DNA of 64,000 nt from Nanobdellota archaeon (GTDB taxonomy: Archaea > Nanobdellota > Nanobdellia > Pacearchaeales > GW2011-AR1). The stretch spans positions 15,285 to 79,284 of the forward strand of contig JAHIWS010000017.1 of assembly GCA_018815925.1 (NCBI GenBank), written 5' to 3'. Within the stretch, counting starts at the first letter, position 1; the number at the start of each line of letters is the position of its first letter. Below, in pieces: positions 28,152 to 37,900 of this stretch. The translations under genes were made by a program, and so were the position numbers. The notes under the pieces were generated by a model. That model saw nothing but the letters and a program-made list of their open reading frames with translations, had not been told where the DNA came from and made no database searches.

Positions 28152-28850
28152 TCAAGCTTCAAATTCAATTTCCTTAGAAGTCTCTTTATTATCAATCATA
28201 ATTTTTCTTATTATTTTTCCTTTTCTTTTAGCTAATTCTCTGATTTTAGAATAATCTTTTTCACCTTCTGGTATAATTAATTTTTCAACAATTACACTAT
28301 GTTTTATATTGACTTTTTTAGTTTCTGGAATATCCCAAAAAAGATATTGTTTTATTTTTGAATAATATTTTTCATCTGCTTCTAATTGACAAAATTTGTC
28401 ATCTATTTTATCTTCACTCTTACCAGGTTTTGGAAGTTTTTTCTTAATTTTTAATTTAAATCCTTCTCCTTCAATATTTAATAATGTAGCATAAGAGGCT
28501 TTTTCTAATTCTATTAATTGTTCTGGTGTTAATTCTTGATCAGAAATATTATTTTGATAATATAATCCTCCTTTTTTTGTTTCAGAGTTTCCTTTTATAT
28601 TTTTTTCAGATAAAATCTTTGCTATGTTTTCTTTACTTAAAACTATTCCAGAAACTTTGCAGTTTCCAAATTCTGAACATAATAATACCAAGTCATTAAC
28701 AAATTCAAAACTTGTTTTAAGTTTAATTTTTTTTGTTTTCCATAAGGTTAAAAGAAACCTCCCGCCATATTCTCCCTTGCCAAATCTAATAAATTGTTTA
28801 TGAACAGGTTCATCAATTTGCTTCTCAACAATCTTTTTTATAAAATTCAT
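28152..28850 (-). CDS. Conserved hypothetical protein (DPANN-type)
   Basis: VHKQFIRFGKG, KKKLPKPGK, RELAKRKGKIIR; function unknown. Confidence 0.7.
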   Translation of the reverse strand: MNFIKKIVEKQIDEPVHKQFIRFGKGEYGGRFLLTLWKTKKIKLKTSFEFVNDLVLLCSEFGNCKVSGIVLSKENIAKILSEKNIKGNSETKKGGLYYQNNISDQELTPEQLIELEKASYATLLNIEGEGFKLKIKKKLPKPGKSEDKIDDKFCQLEADEKYYSKIKQYLFWDIPETKKVNIKHSVIVEKLIIPEGEKDYSKIRELAKRKGKIIRKIMIDNKETSKEIEFEA

Positions 28851-28941
28851 ATTAACTATTTGTTATTTTTACTTATAAACATTTTCCTTCTACAAAGGTT
28901 TATAAATTTCAGCGCCTTTTAACCAGTGTTTAAGAATAAAA

Positions 28942-29979
28942 ATGAAAGAAAATTCTTTTAAAAAGGCTTTGGTAATGGGGATTTTATTAGTCTTATTAGT
29001 TTTATCTTTTTTTCTTCTGAAACCTATTTTGATTCCTATGATAGTAGCATTTATTTTAGCATTTATTTTTAACCCGGTTTATAATATGTTTTATAAAATT
29101 TTTAAATCTAAAAATATTTCAGCTTCATTAATATGCTTAATCTTGCTTTTTTTAATAATCTTGCCTATTTGGTTTTTAACACCTATTGTTATTGATCAGT
29201 CTTTTAAGATTTATTTAGCTGCCCAGCAGATGGATTTTGTTACTCCTCTTAAAGGTATTTTCCCTTCTTTATTTGCTTCAGAACAATTTTCTGCAGAAAT
29301 AGGCTCTATTCTCCACTCTTTTTTTACCAAAACAACAAATTCCTTAGTAAATGAACTTTCCCAAATAATTTTTAATTTTCCAACTTTGTTATTGCAATTT
29401 TCAGTTGTATTTTTTACTTTTTTCTTTGTCCTTAGAGACAAAGATAAAGTCATAGATTATATTAAAACTTTATTACCTTTTTCAAAAGATGTTGAGACAA
29501 AAATGTTTGAATCTTCAAAAGGAATAACCACTTCACTTATTTATGGGCAAATTATAGTAGGTATAATCCAAGGTATTATTGTTGGGGTTGGACTTTTTAT
29601 TTTTAGTGTTCCAAATTCTCTTTTTTTAACACTTTTAGCAATTTTAGGGGGAATTTTACCTATCATAGGAACAACCCTTGTTTGGGTTCCTGTGGTTATT
29701 TACTTGTTTATAGCAGGAAACACATTTTCTGCAATCGGTGTTTTACTTTTTGGAATTTTTTCCTCTACAATAGATAATGTTATTCGTCCTTTAATTGTCT
29801 CAAAAAGAACTAATATACATCCTGTAGTTGTTTTAATAGGGATGATTGGGGGGTTATTCTTATTTGGTGTGTTAGGTTTTATTTTAGGCCCTTTAATACT
29901 TTCTTATCTTTTAATACTACTAGATACTTATAGAAAAAATCAAGCACCTTCACTTTTTATTGAGCAGAAGAAGAACTAG
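28942..29979 (+). CDS. AI-2E (PerM/UPF0118) family transporter
   Basis: IFNPVY, FFVLRD, LPIIGTTLVWVP, IDNVIRP, GGLFLFG..GFILGP. Confidence 0.9.
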   Translation: MKENSFKKALVMGILLVLLVLSFFLLKPILIPMIVAFILAFIFNPVYNMFYKIFKSKNISASLICLILLFLIILPIWFLTPIVIDQSFKIYLAAQQMDFVTPLKGIFPSLFASEQFSAEIGSILHSFFTKTTNSLVNELSQIIFNFPTLLLQFSVVFFTFFFVLRDKDKVIDYIKTLLPFSKDVETKMFESSKGITTSLIYGQIIVGIIQGIIVGVGLFIFSVPNSLFLTLLAILGGILPIIGTTLVWVPVVIYLFIAGNTFSAIGVLLFGIFSSTIDNVIRPLIVSKRTNIHPVVVLIGMIGGLFLFGVLGFILGPLILSYLLILLDTYRKNQAPSLFIEQKKN

Positions 29980-30069
29980 ATAGATATAAAAATCTTTTTT
30001 TCCAATTAATTCTAGGAAAAAGGAAGAAAATCCTTTCTATGCTTTCCACAAGATAAAAAAAAGGGGAAA

Positions 30070-31545
30070 ATGAAACTTAAAACAAAATTTTTAAATTGGT
30101 CTGCAGGATTCCCAGTAGTTATGTTAAATGAAAAAACAGCAGGTGAAATGGGGGTGCCGGCCAAAGGAAGAGTTCTTCTTAAAACCATTTCAAAAAAATC
30201 AAAAGAAACAATGGCTATAACAAATCTTGTTAAGAATATTGTTAAAGAAAATGAGGTAGCTGTTTCTTCTGAAATCAAAAAAATACTTTCTGTTAAAAAG
30301 AATCAAAAAATTGAAGTTATTTTAGGCGAAATTCCTAAAAGTATAGAGTTAATAAAAAAGAAATTAGATAATAAACCTCTTTCAGAAAAAGAAATAGATG
30401 AGATAATAATTGATGTAGTTAAGGGAACTTTATCTGATCCAGAAATTGCTCTTTTTGTTTCTGCTCTCTATAAGCAGGGATTGTCAATGAAGGAAACAAT
30501 TTCATTAATAAAAGCTATTTTAAAAACAGGGAACCGTCTTTACTTTAAGAATAAATTAGTTGTAGATAAGCATTCAATAGGGGGAATAGCAGGAAGAACC
30601 ACTCCTATTGTTGTTTCTATTTGTGCAGCTGCAGGACTTATAGTTCCAAAAACCTCTTCTAGAGCTATAACAAGTGCAGCAGGAACAGCAGATATCTTGG
30701 AATCAGTAGCTGATGTTGATTTTCCACTTAAAAAAATAAAAAAAATAATACGAAAAACAAATGCATGTATTGTTTGGGGTGGTTCTTTAGGTTTGGTTCC
30801 AGCAGATTCAAAAATAATCAATGTCGAAAAATTACTTAAAATTGATCCTGAGGCACAACTTCTCTCTTCTATAATTGCAAAAAAACTAGCAGTAGGAAGC
30901 AAATATATTGTTATTGATATTCCCTATGGAAAAACAGCTAAGGTTAACAAAAGTAAAGCGTTAAAGCTAAAAAAGAATTTTGAAAAAATTGCAAGATATT
31001 TTAACAAAAACATAAAATGTCTTTTGGTAGAAAATACAGGCCCATTAGGAAATAGTATTGGTCCTTGTTTAGAATTAATAGATGTTTTAAAAATACTAAG
31101 AAGAGAAAGTCCTTGCCATTTACTAGAAAAAAGATCTTTAGAGCTTTCTGGAGCTCTTTTAGAAATGTCTGGAAAAGCAAAAAAAAATCAGGGCAAGAAA
31201 CTAGCTAAAGAAATTTTAGATTCCGGAAAAGCATTAGACAAATTTAAACAAATAATTAAAGCTCAAAATGGAGATTTGAATAGAATTTATCTTGGAAAAT
31301 TCAAAAAAAATATTTTAGCTTCTAGTTCTGGAAAAATACAAGAGATTGATAATAAAAATATTAATTTGCTTGCAAGAATTACTGGTTCTCCTATTTACAA
31401 GGGTTCTGGAATTTCTTTGCATAAAAATGTTGGGTCTAGGGTTCAAAAAGGACAGTCTCTTTTAACAATTTATTCAGAATCAAAAACAAGATTAAGAAAT
31501 GCTTTGGATTTTTATAAAAAATCTAAACCAGTAAGAATTAATTAA
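30070..31545 (+). CDS. AMP phosphorylase (thymidine phosphorylase family)
   Basis: Extra N-terminal domain, DKHSIGG, KTSSRAITSAAGTAD, LVPADSK, SIIAKK. Confidence 0.9.
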   Translation: MKLKTKFLNWSAGFPVVMLNEKTAGEMGVPAKGRVLLKTISKKSKETMAITNLVKNIVKENEVAVSSEIKKILSVKKNQKIEVILGEIPKSIELIKKKLDNKPLSEKEIDEIIIDVVKGTLSDPEIALFVSALYKQGLSMKETISLIKAILKTGNRLYFKNKLVVDKHSIGGIAGRTTPIVVSICAAAGLIVPKTSSRAITSAAGTADILESVADVDFPLKKIKKIIRKTNACIVWGGSLGLVPADSKIINVEKLLKIDPEAQLLSSIIAKKLAVGSKYIVIDIPYGKTAKVNKSKALKLKKNFEKIARYFNKNIKCLLVENTGPLGNSIGPCLELIDVLKILRRESPCHLLEKRSLELSGALLEMSGKAKKNQGKKLAKEILDSGKALDKFKQIIKAQNGDLNRIYLGKFKKNILASSSGKIQEIDNKNINLLARITGSPIYKGSGISLHKNVGSRVQKGQSLLTIYSESKTRLRNALDFYKKSKPVRIN

Positions 31546-31609
31546 ATTGTAACTATTTCTAAAAAGTAACAATAGAAAACTTTTTAAGTCAAGAATCTAT
31601 AAAAAAAGC

Positions 31610-31833
31610 ATGGTACGAGTAAATATTGAAGCAAGCATTAAAGGTTTAGGAGATATTGGTTACATTGTTATATCTTGGGATCAATCATTAAGGGAATTAA
31701 AATCAAAAGAAGCATTAACAATATTTTAATAAAAATTAATGAATTTTCTCAAGGAAATATGAGTTATTATAAGATTTTAGAAGTTCACCAAGGTTGGCAA
31801 GCATATGCTGGGGAGCTAACACTTACAAACTAA
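31610..31833 (+). pseudogene. Possible frameshifted or degenerate small gene
   Basis: 39-aa ORF (31610-31729) after a TATA-like box; an open shifted frame continues (KINEFSQGNMSYYKILEVHQGWQAYAGELTLTN) to 31833. Confidence 0.3.
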
Positions 31834-31905
31834 GAAAAAGTGTTAAATTTAAAATTTTAAGTAAACCACAACTAATCTTTTAAAGTCTTTTTTTTTACAG
31901 AATTT

Positions 31906-32175
31906 ATGAGAGAAGTCAGTTCTAAAAATAAAGTTGTAGGATATTTTAAAAAAAACTTATCAAAAGGATACACTCCTGATACACTTAAATATGCCCTATT
32001 TAATCAAGGTTATTCAAGAGCAATAGTTGAAATGGCTCTAACTCAAGCAAATAAAGAACTAGCAGAAAAAGCACCTATTCTTAAAGAGAAGCCAATAATA
32101 AAACATGAAGTTCTTGATGAAGATGATAATCCTATTGAGATAAAAAAATCCTGGTGGAAGAGGGTATTTGGTTAA
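31906..32175 (+). CDS. Small conserved hypothetical protein (KGY...LK.AL..QGY helical domain)
   Basis: 89-aa ORF with a TATA-like box upstream and a WWKRVFG C-terminus. Confidence 0.7.
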   Translation: MREVSSKNKVVGYFKKNLSKGYTPDTLKYALFNQGYSRAIVEMALTQANKELAEKAPILKEKPIIKHEVLDEDDNPIEIKKSWWKRVFG

Positions 32176-32271
32176 GTGACTAAATTTGAAGTTAATAACA
32201 GCTTAGTCAAGTAGGAGGAAGATTTTCTCCAACTAAACAAAATATTTAAACTCTTATAGGCATTGTAAAAT

Positions 32272-33807
32272 ATGAAGAAAAAGAAAATTATTAAGACTTT
32301 GCTTGTTTTAGCAATTGTTTTTATACTGGCTGATGTTGCTTTTCTTTTTTCAAAATCTAATTTAAAAATAGTTGATGCAAAAAATTTACCTGTTGTTTTA
32401 TCTTCTTGTGAAGATTCTGATCAAGGAGTAGAGCCTTTTTTTAAAGGAAGTGTTACTATAGGGCCTTCTGGAAAAAAATATGATGATTATTGTATAGGGG
32501 ATGACACTTTAGTAGAATATTCTTGTAATAGAAACAAAATAGCATCAGAACAAATAAAATGTGAATTAGGTTGTTCAACAGGTTTATGTTTTGATCCAGA
32601 ACCTCATTTATATCTTACACTCACAGTATATTCTGAAGCACTTGTAAATTCAGAAGAAGATTGGGACAGATATGATGTTATTTATAATTTTAGTAATTAT
32701 GATAAAACAAATAGTATTATGGCTGATTTTTTTAATACTGAAAAAAGAGAAAATATAAAAGATTCTTATGGTGTTCCTCATAAAATATCGTGGATGGCTT
32801 ATAGTTCTGAGGACATGTGTAATGCAAATAATGCAGATTGCACCTCTTTATATGATGTCCTTACTAATAATTGGGGAAAAGAAATAGAAAAATATGGAGA
32901 TACTGTTGAATGGCATCTTCATAATGAGTACTGGCATCCTAATGGAGAATGTTGGACTCAAGCATTATTTTTTGATGAAGATAGGCAAGAAGTTGCAGAA
33001 CGTATTTTAAATCATCTGGTTATTGACCATTCATATTTTCCAAGTGTCTATGGAGGAGGATGGGCCTGGATGGATAATGATCTATCTAATTTTCTTGATA
33101 ATTTAGTATTTTCAGAATATACAAATATAGCACCTTTTAAAAATATGCCTGGAGCAGGAGGGCCTCCTGATTGTTCTGGAAATTATTATGATTGGTCTAG
33201 GGCTCCAGATGATTGGGGTTTTTATAATCCTAGTGTAACTGATTATCAAATTCCAGGAGATCAAAACAGGACAGTTTTTAGATGTAAAGAATTTTCTATT
33301 GTTTATCTTTACCAGATGTTTAATAGAGCAGAAGAAACAAATGAAAATGTAATGGGTTGTTTTTTTATTCATAATACTTTGGGAAATGAAGGAATGTATG
33401 TAGCTAATTTTCTTAATAATAATGTAAAAAACTTAGCTGAGCTATATAGTATACCTGTTTCCTATGTTAATGTAAGAGAAGCCACACAAATTGCTTTACA
33501 AACAACAGATCAAACTCCTGCGGAATTAATTTTAAATTATAATGGGGATAACTTAGTTAATATTCAATCAAATGAACCTCTTTATAGTATTTATTCAGCA
33601 ATTAAATATGATAATAATTATCAAAGAGTTGAGGTTACACAATTAGAAAATTCTTATCAAGCAATAATTCCTAAAGATATTGATGATTCTTTTGTTTTTG
33701 CAGTTGCAACAACAGATTTAGCAGGAAATGTAAATGTTGTTCAGAAAACCTACACTCCAATTAAGCCTGCTCCATTAGATAGGACTCTTGAGAAGGTTTT
33801 TGACTAA
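32272..33807 (+). CDS. Membrane-anchored or secreted protein: Cys-rich module plus putative deacetylase/glycoside-hydrolase-like barrel
   Basis: N-terminal TM; CEDSD.G...KG...DYC...LVEYSC...C..GC..G.C module; EWHLH, YGGGW and FIH motifs; DLAGN Ig-like end. Confidence 0.6.
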   Translation: MKKKKIIKTLLVLAIVFILADVAFLFSKSNLKIVDAKNLPVVLSSCEDSDQGVEPFFKGSVTIGPSGKKYDDYCIGDDTLVEYSCNRNKIASEQIKCELGCSTGLCFDPEPHLYLTLTVYSEALVNSEEDWDRYDVIYNFSNYDKTNSIMADFFNTEKRENIKDSYGVPHKISWMAYSSEDMCNANNADCTSLYDVLTNNWGKEIEKYGDTVEWHLHNEYWHPNGECWTQALFFDEDRQEVAERILNHLVIDHSYFPSVYGGGWAWMDNDLSNFLDNLVFSEYTNIAPFKNMPGAGGPPDCSGNYYDWSRAPDDWGFYNPSVTDYQIPGDQNRTVFRCKEFSIVYLYQMFNRAEETNENVMGCFFIHNTLGNEGMYVANFLNNNVKNLAELYSIPVSYVNVREATQIALQTTDQTPAELILNYNGDNLVNIQSNEPLYSIYSAIKYDNNYQRVEVTQLENSYQAIIPKDIDDSFVFAVATTDLAGNVNVVQKTYTPIKPAPLDRTLEKVFD

Positions 33808-33855
33808 AAAGCCAAACAGAAATCTTTAAAACTCTTTAATTAATTCTAATATAAT

Positions 33856-33983
33856 GCCTCCATCGCGTAATGGTATCGCACCGGTCTTGAGATTAAACAC
33901 ATTTGTGTTTGAATTCTTCGTTTCTTACGAACCGAGAAAACCGGGCCCTTCGGGGCATCCCCGTTCGATTCGGGGTGGGGGCG
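33856..33983 (+). tRNA. tRNA-Ser(UGA) with a 47-nt intron at 37/38 (33892-33938)
   Basis: Acceptor GCCTCCA/TGGGGGC with discriminator G; anticodon stem CCGGT/ACCGG; long variable arm GCCC-TTCG-GGGC; T-loop TTCGATT; helix CTTG/CGAG flanked by 3-nt bulge positions. Confidence 0.92.
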
Positions 33984-34048
33984 TATGTGTGGCTTTATGC
34001 CACACTTTCCTAGAACTGTTTAGGTTTAGAAATATTTTTCATCCTCGT

Positions 34049-34076
34049 TTAGTGCTTAAATTTATTTAAGTGCTAG
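34049..34076. repeat. Dispersed hairpin repeat, copy 3 (intergenic)
   Basis: TTAGTGCTTAAA-TTTA-TTTAAGTGCTAG; same outer arms as the copy in rpl32e. Confidence 0.6.
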
Positions 34077-34303
34077 TGAGAAATCTTTGATTTCACTCCG
34101 ATTCAAGGGGGGGTGTATTTCACTTCAATTCCTGAAACCAAAGAAAGCCAAAAATTAATCCAGGTATTAAAAAATAAAACCATATTTTATTGCTTAGAGG
34201 TGTAAATAAAATTGCAAGTAAGCTAAAAATAGATATCACCTTAAAAAAATCTTTTTTTTGCATAAATTATAAAAATTAGTTTAGTTATAAAAATTATTGC
34301 ATC

Positions 34304-34552
34304 TTAACTCAATATTTTATAAGCTAATGTTCCGTAAAGAAAAACTTTTGATGCAGGAATAAACACATTCACATATTTGTTTGCCCAGTCTACATCTGAA
34401 AAAGGTGCAACCAAACACATCCTATCTAATTTTGAAAACGGCCTTAATAAATGGTTTAACATACTTGCTATAGCTTTTTTATCTGAAACCCCTGTTACTA
34501 ATCCATCAAGTTCTTTTTTCTTTTGTAAAATATATCTTGTAGATCTTTTCAT
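34304..34552 (-). CDS. Hypothetical protein
   Basis: 82-aa ORF with ATG start downstream of rpl12; no motif recognised. Confidence 0.45.
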   Translation of the reverse strand: MKRSTRYILQKKKELDGLVTGVSDKKAIASMLNHLLRPFSKLDRMCLVAPFSDVDWANKYVNVFIPASKVFLYGTLAYKILS

Positions 34553-34643
34553 GACAAAAATAAATTTCTAATCCTTTTAAAATTTATTATACCAATATAT
34601 TAAAGTTCTAACTAGAAGTATAGAACTCTCAGCTATTAATAAT

Positions 34644-34934
34644 TTAACCAAATAGTGCTGAGAGTCCTTCTGCTGCAGCTTCTTTCTTTTCTTCTTTAGG
34701 TTTTTCAGGCTTTTTCTGTTCAGCTGGTTCATTAGATCCAGCAGGAGCAGCCGCAACAAGGCTAGCATTTTCTAGCTCTTTTGCTATATCAACACCTTTT
34801 AAACTAGCAACAAGAGACTTTATTTTTGATTCATCTGTCTCTGCACCAGCAGCCGCAACAACACTTTTTACATTTTCTTCACTAACTTCTTTTCCAAGTT
34901 TGTGTAGCAATAAAGCAGCGTATGTGTATTCCAT
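34644..34934 (-). CDS. rpl12: 50S ribosomal stalk protein P1 (aL12)
   Basis: [22 protein letters not shown]. Confidence 0.97.
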   Translation of the reverse strand: MEYTYAALLLHKLGKEVSEENVKSVVAAAGAETDESKIKSLVASLKGVDIAKELENASLVAAAPAGSNEPAEQKKPEKPKEEKKEAAAEGLSALFG

Positions 34935-35242
34935 TATTTATTTTCCTCCGAATTTAGATGGAGAGTTTTATAAACTTCTTTTTCAGATTTAAGTACTTTT
35001 ATTAAGGACATTTCTAGTCTTTTTAATTTTTTATCCATTTCACTTAACTTTTCTTTATCTATAATTGAGATTATTCTATTGTTATTTCCATTAAGAGATT
35101 TTTCAAATAATTCTTTTTTATTAAAATAATTAATATATTTTGCAACACATTTTTCTCTTTGCTCTTTTGCATATGTTTTTATTTGTTCTGGAGGTAGTTT
35201 AATTAGTTCATCAGTAGTCATAGTCAAGGATAATTCATTCAT
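34934..35242 (-). CDS. Hypothetical protein inserted between uL10 and P1
   Basis: 102-aa ORF from ATG 35242, overlapping the uL10 end; its stop overlaps the P1 ATG. Confidence 0.6.
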   Translation of the reverse strand: MNELSLTMTTDELIKLPPEQIKTYAKEQREKCVAKYINYFNKKELFEKSLNGNNNRIISIIDKEKLSEMDKKLKRLEMSLIKVLKSEKEVYKTLHLNSEENK

Positions 35243-36194
35243 TTTTTTCTTCTCCTTCAGGTTTATCTGATTGAGTATTTTGCTCACTAGGTTTTTCGCC
35301 CGCTTGATTTGAATTAACTTCATCCTTTTCTTCTTGATTGGGAGCTTTATCTTCACTAGGCTTATCATTACTATTTTGAGCATTATCAGCCTTGTCTTTT
35401 TCACTAACATCTTTTTCTTCTTTACCTAATAAATTATCAAGAACTTTCTCATGGCCTGACGCCTTGCCAATTAAAAACTTAATAGTATCATCAGATGAAT
35501 AACCTATTTCCACTGCAAAACCTAAAGCTTTTGAAAATGCTTCTTTGAGTTCTTTAATTGTTGCTTCTGGATCAATATTAATATCCAAATATAATTTGTT
35601 TTCTTTTGTGTCAAAAGCAGCTAAAGGAGTAAAACCTATTGAAAAAGGTTTTATGTCTAGTTTGGCCATAATATCTGCAGCTGCTTGTTTTATTTTTTCT
35701 CCTTTTTTTGCAATTATTCTTGGTTCTTTAATAGTAATTTTTCCTTTTTCTATTTGAATTTGAATTCCTAAAGACCCTAGTTCAGAAATTGCTGGTCCTG
35801 GAACTAAATCAGTAGGTCCTTCTTGGACTTCAATGTCTTCTGGAGCTTCTTGCCCTGCTTTTGCTTTTGTAGGGGTCTTATTTTTTATAAGTTCTGCAGC
35901 AAGTTCAAAACAATCTAAATCTGAAAATAAAATAGCAGTATTTTCTTTAATATATTGACTAATTTTTTTAACAACCTCATTTCCTGAAGAATCAATTGCC
36001 CTAAAAACCAAAGATTTTTTTGGAACCTTAATAATTGCTTTTCCCCTGAGTTTTTTTCCAATTTCTTGGAATTGAGAGGCAGGAATATTTTTTATAGATG
36101 TTATTAAAACTGTTTTTTTGTCTTTGATTAGATTTTTTAAATCCTCTACTTCTTTTAGCTTTCTTTTTGGAATATTTTCTATTGTTTTTTTCAT
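35235..36194 (-). CDS. rpl10: 50S ribosomal protein uL10 (P0)
   Basis: PASQFQEI.K.LRG, AKAGQ.APEDI, GPTDLVPGP.ISEL, LDIKP. Confidence 0.95.
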   Translation of the reverse strand: MKKTIENIPKRKLKEVEDLKNLIKDKKTVLITSIKNIPASQFQEIGKKLRGKAIIKVPKKSLVFRAIDSSGNEVVKKISQYIKENTAILFSDLDCFELAAELIKNKTPTKAKAGQEAPEDIEVQEGPTDLVPGPAISELGSLGIQIQIEKGKITIKEPRIIAKKGEKIKQAAADIMAKLDIKPFSIGFTPLAAFDTKENKLYLDINIDPEATIKELKEAFSKALGFAVEIGYSSDDTIKFLIGKASGHEKVLDNLLGKEEKDVSEKDKADNAQNSNDKPSEDKAPNQEEKDEVNSNQAGEKPSEQNTQSDKPEGEEKNE

Positions 36195-36195
36195 T

Positions 36196-36825
36196 TTATC
36201 TTATTTTTATTTTTACAGGTTTAGTCATAGTGAATTTTATTTCCACATTCTTAATGTTTTCTTTGTCTCTTGGAAGAGCTTTTAAAATAGATTCATAAAT
36301 AATATTAATATTTTCAAGAATTTCCTCATCTTTCATACTCTGTTTTCCAATAGCAAGTTTAATAGAAGCCTCTTTGACCTTAATTTTAATACTATTATTT
36401 ATTTTATTTTTTAATTCATCAATTATTTTATCATTTATATTAACAATTATTCCAAGTTGTGGAGAAGGCATTTTTCCAGCAGGCCCTAAAACTCTTCCAA
36501 AAGTTGTAGCAACTTTTGGCATTAAACTTGCTTGAGAAATAAAAAAATCATATTTCTTAACTAAGTTCCTAAGTGCTTTTTTATCTTTATATTTTTTAAA
36601 TTCTTCTTGAGTTATAGTATCAACTTTTGGATTTTTTACTTCTAAAAATCCAGCTATTTTTTTATCTTTTATTCTAAATGGGACATTTATAAATAAGTTT
36701 AAGGGGGTTTTTTTAACATCAAACTTTTGAAGATTTACAATTAAGTCTACTGTCTGATCAAATTTTCTTTCTTTACTTTTCCGCAATTCAGCTAAAGCTT
36801 TTTTTAATTCTAATTTAAATTCCAT
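36196..36825 (-). CDS. rpl1: 50S ribosomal protein uL1
   Basis: RKFDQTVDLIVNL, GRVLGPAGKMP, KFTM. Confidence 0.96.
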   Translation of the reverse strand: MEFKLELKKALAELRKSKERKFDQTVDLIVNLQKFDVKKTPLNLFINVPFRIKDKKIAGFLEVKNPKVDTITQEEFKKYKDKKALRNLVKKYDFFISQASLMPKVATTFGRVLGPAGKMPSPQLGIIVNINDKIIDELKNKINNSIKIKVKEASIKLAIGKQSMKDEEILENINIIYESILKALPRDKENIKNVEIKFTMTKPVKIKIR

Positions 36826-36835
36826 TTTATTCTTT

Positions 36836-36900
36836 TATCCTCCCAAATCATGCGTCACAAGCCTAGAATTTATCTTGTAACGATATGGTACAAACGGATA
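36836..36900 (-). promoter_or_regulatory. Structured 5' leader of the rpl1-rpl10-rpl12 operon
   Basis: On the minus strand: outer stem TATCC/GGATA overlapping the SD GGAGG, inner 9-bp stem CGTTACAAG/CTTGTGACG; TATA box at about 36921-36928. Confidence 0.5.
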
Positions 36901-36973
36901 AATTTTTGAGATAAATTTAGTTTATAAATCTTCCTATCAAAATCTTTAAGTAATCTTCTTCTTATTTACTATC

Positions 36974-37900
36974 ATGAAAAAAGATGGTTTTTTGCAAATA
37001 TCTTTTAGTTGGCTTTTTGCATTTATTGTAGGAGGATTTATTTTATTTCTCGCAATATATGCAGCAGTAAAAATGATAAATACAAGTGAAACAGAAATAG
37101 ACGCTAGAATAGGAAAAGAAATAGGTATTTTACTTAATCCTCTTGAAATAAGTTTTGAATCTGAAAAAACAACTTCCTTAACAACACCCGTAACGACCAG
37201 GATAATTAATAAATGCTATCCAAGTGGGATATTCGGAGAGCAGGTAATTCAAATTCAACAAAAAAGTTTTAATAAGTGGACAAATACAAATATTGATATA
37301 GGTTTTTCAAATAAATATATTTTTTCAGAAAGACAAACAGAAGGAAAAAAATTTTATGTTTTTCTAAAACCTTTTGAATTTCCATTTAAGGTTGCTGATT
37401 TAATCTTTTTAAGTTCTGCAGATAAAAATTATTGTTTTGTTGATGCTCCAGAACAAATTAAAAACAAATTAACAGATCTTAGTCAAAAAAATATTTTTAA
37501 TGAGGATGATTTAAAAAACTGTCCTGAATCTAGTATTAAAGTGTGTTTTGGAACAGGAAATTGCAATATAAAAATAAATCAGAATGCTAATTATGTAGAA
37601 AAACAAAATAAAAGACTTTACTTTGAAACAGATGCTTTAATGTATGCTGCTATTTTTGCAGAGCCTGAAATTTATGAATGCCAGGTTAAAAGACTAATGC
37701 AAAGGACAAGCGAATTAGCAATACTCTATAAAGATAAGGCAACATTTATAGCTAGAACAGGTTGTAATTCTAATTTGGATTTAGTTTCTTTAAGTACTTT
37801 AGCCAGTGGGTTGGAGCAATCTTCTCAGCTTACCTCACTCTTCCAAATTGTAAATAAAATAGGAGAAAATAATAATGATGCAGATTGTAAATTATGGTAA
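36974..37900 (+). CDS. Type IV pilin-like protein (class III signal peptide-like N-terminus)
   Basis: MKKDG-FLQISFSWLFAFIVGG hydrophobic N-terminus; Cys-rich extracellular domain. Confidence 0.6.
   Translation: MKKDGFLQISFSWLFAFIVGGFILFLAIYAAVKMINTSETEIDARIGKEIGILLNPLEISFESEKTTSLTTPVTTRIINKCYPSGIFGEQVIQIQQKSFNKWTNTNIDIGFSNKYIFSERQTEGKKFYVFLKPFEFPFKVADLIFLSSADKNYCFVDAPEQIKNKLTDLSQKNIFNEDDLKNCPESSIKVCFGTGNCNIKINQNANYVEKQNKRLYFETDALMYAAIFAEPEIYECQVKRLMQRTSELAILYKDKATFIARTGCNSNLDLVSLSTLASGLEQSSQLTSLFQIVNKIGENNNDADCKLW

Noticed and set aside
33854-34069. 71-aa ORF in the ORF track
   Set aside because: It overlaps the tRNA-Ser gene and the downstream hairpins; spurious.
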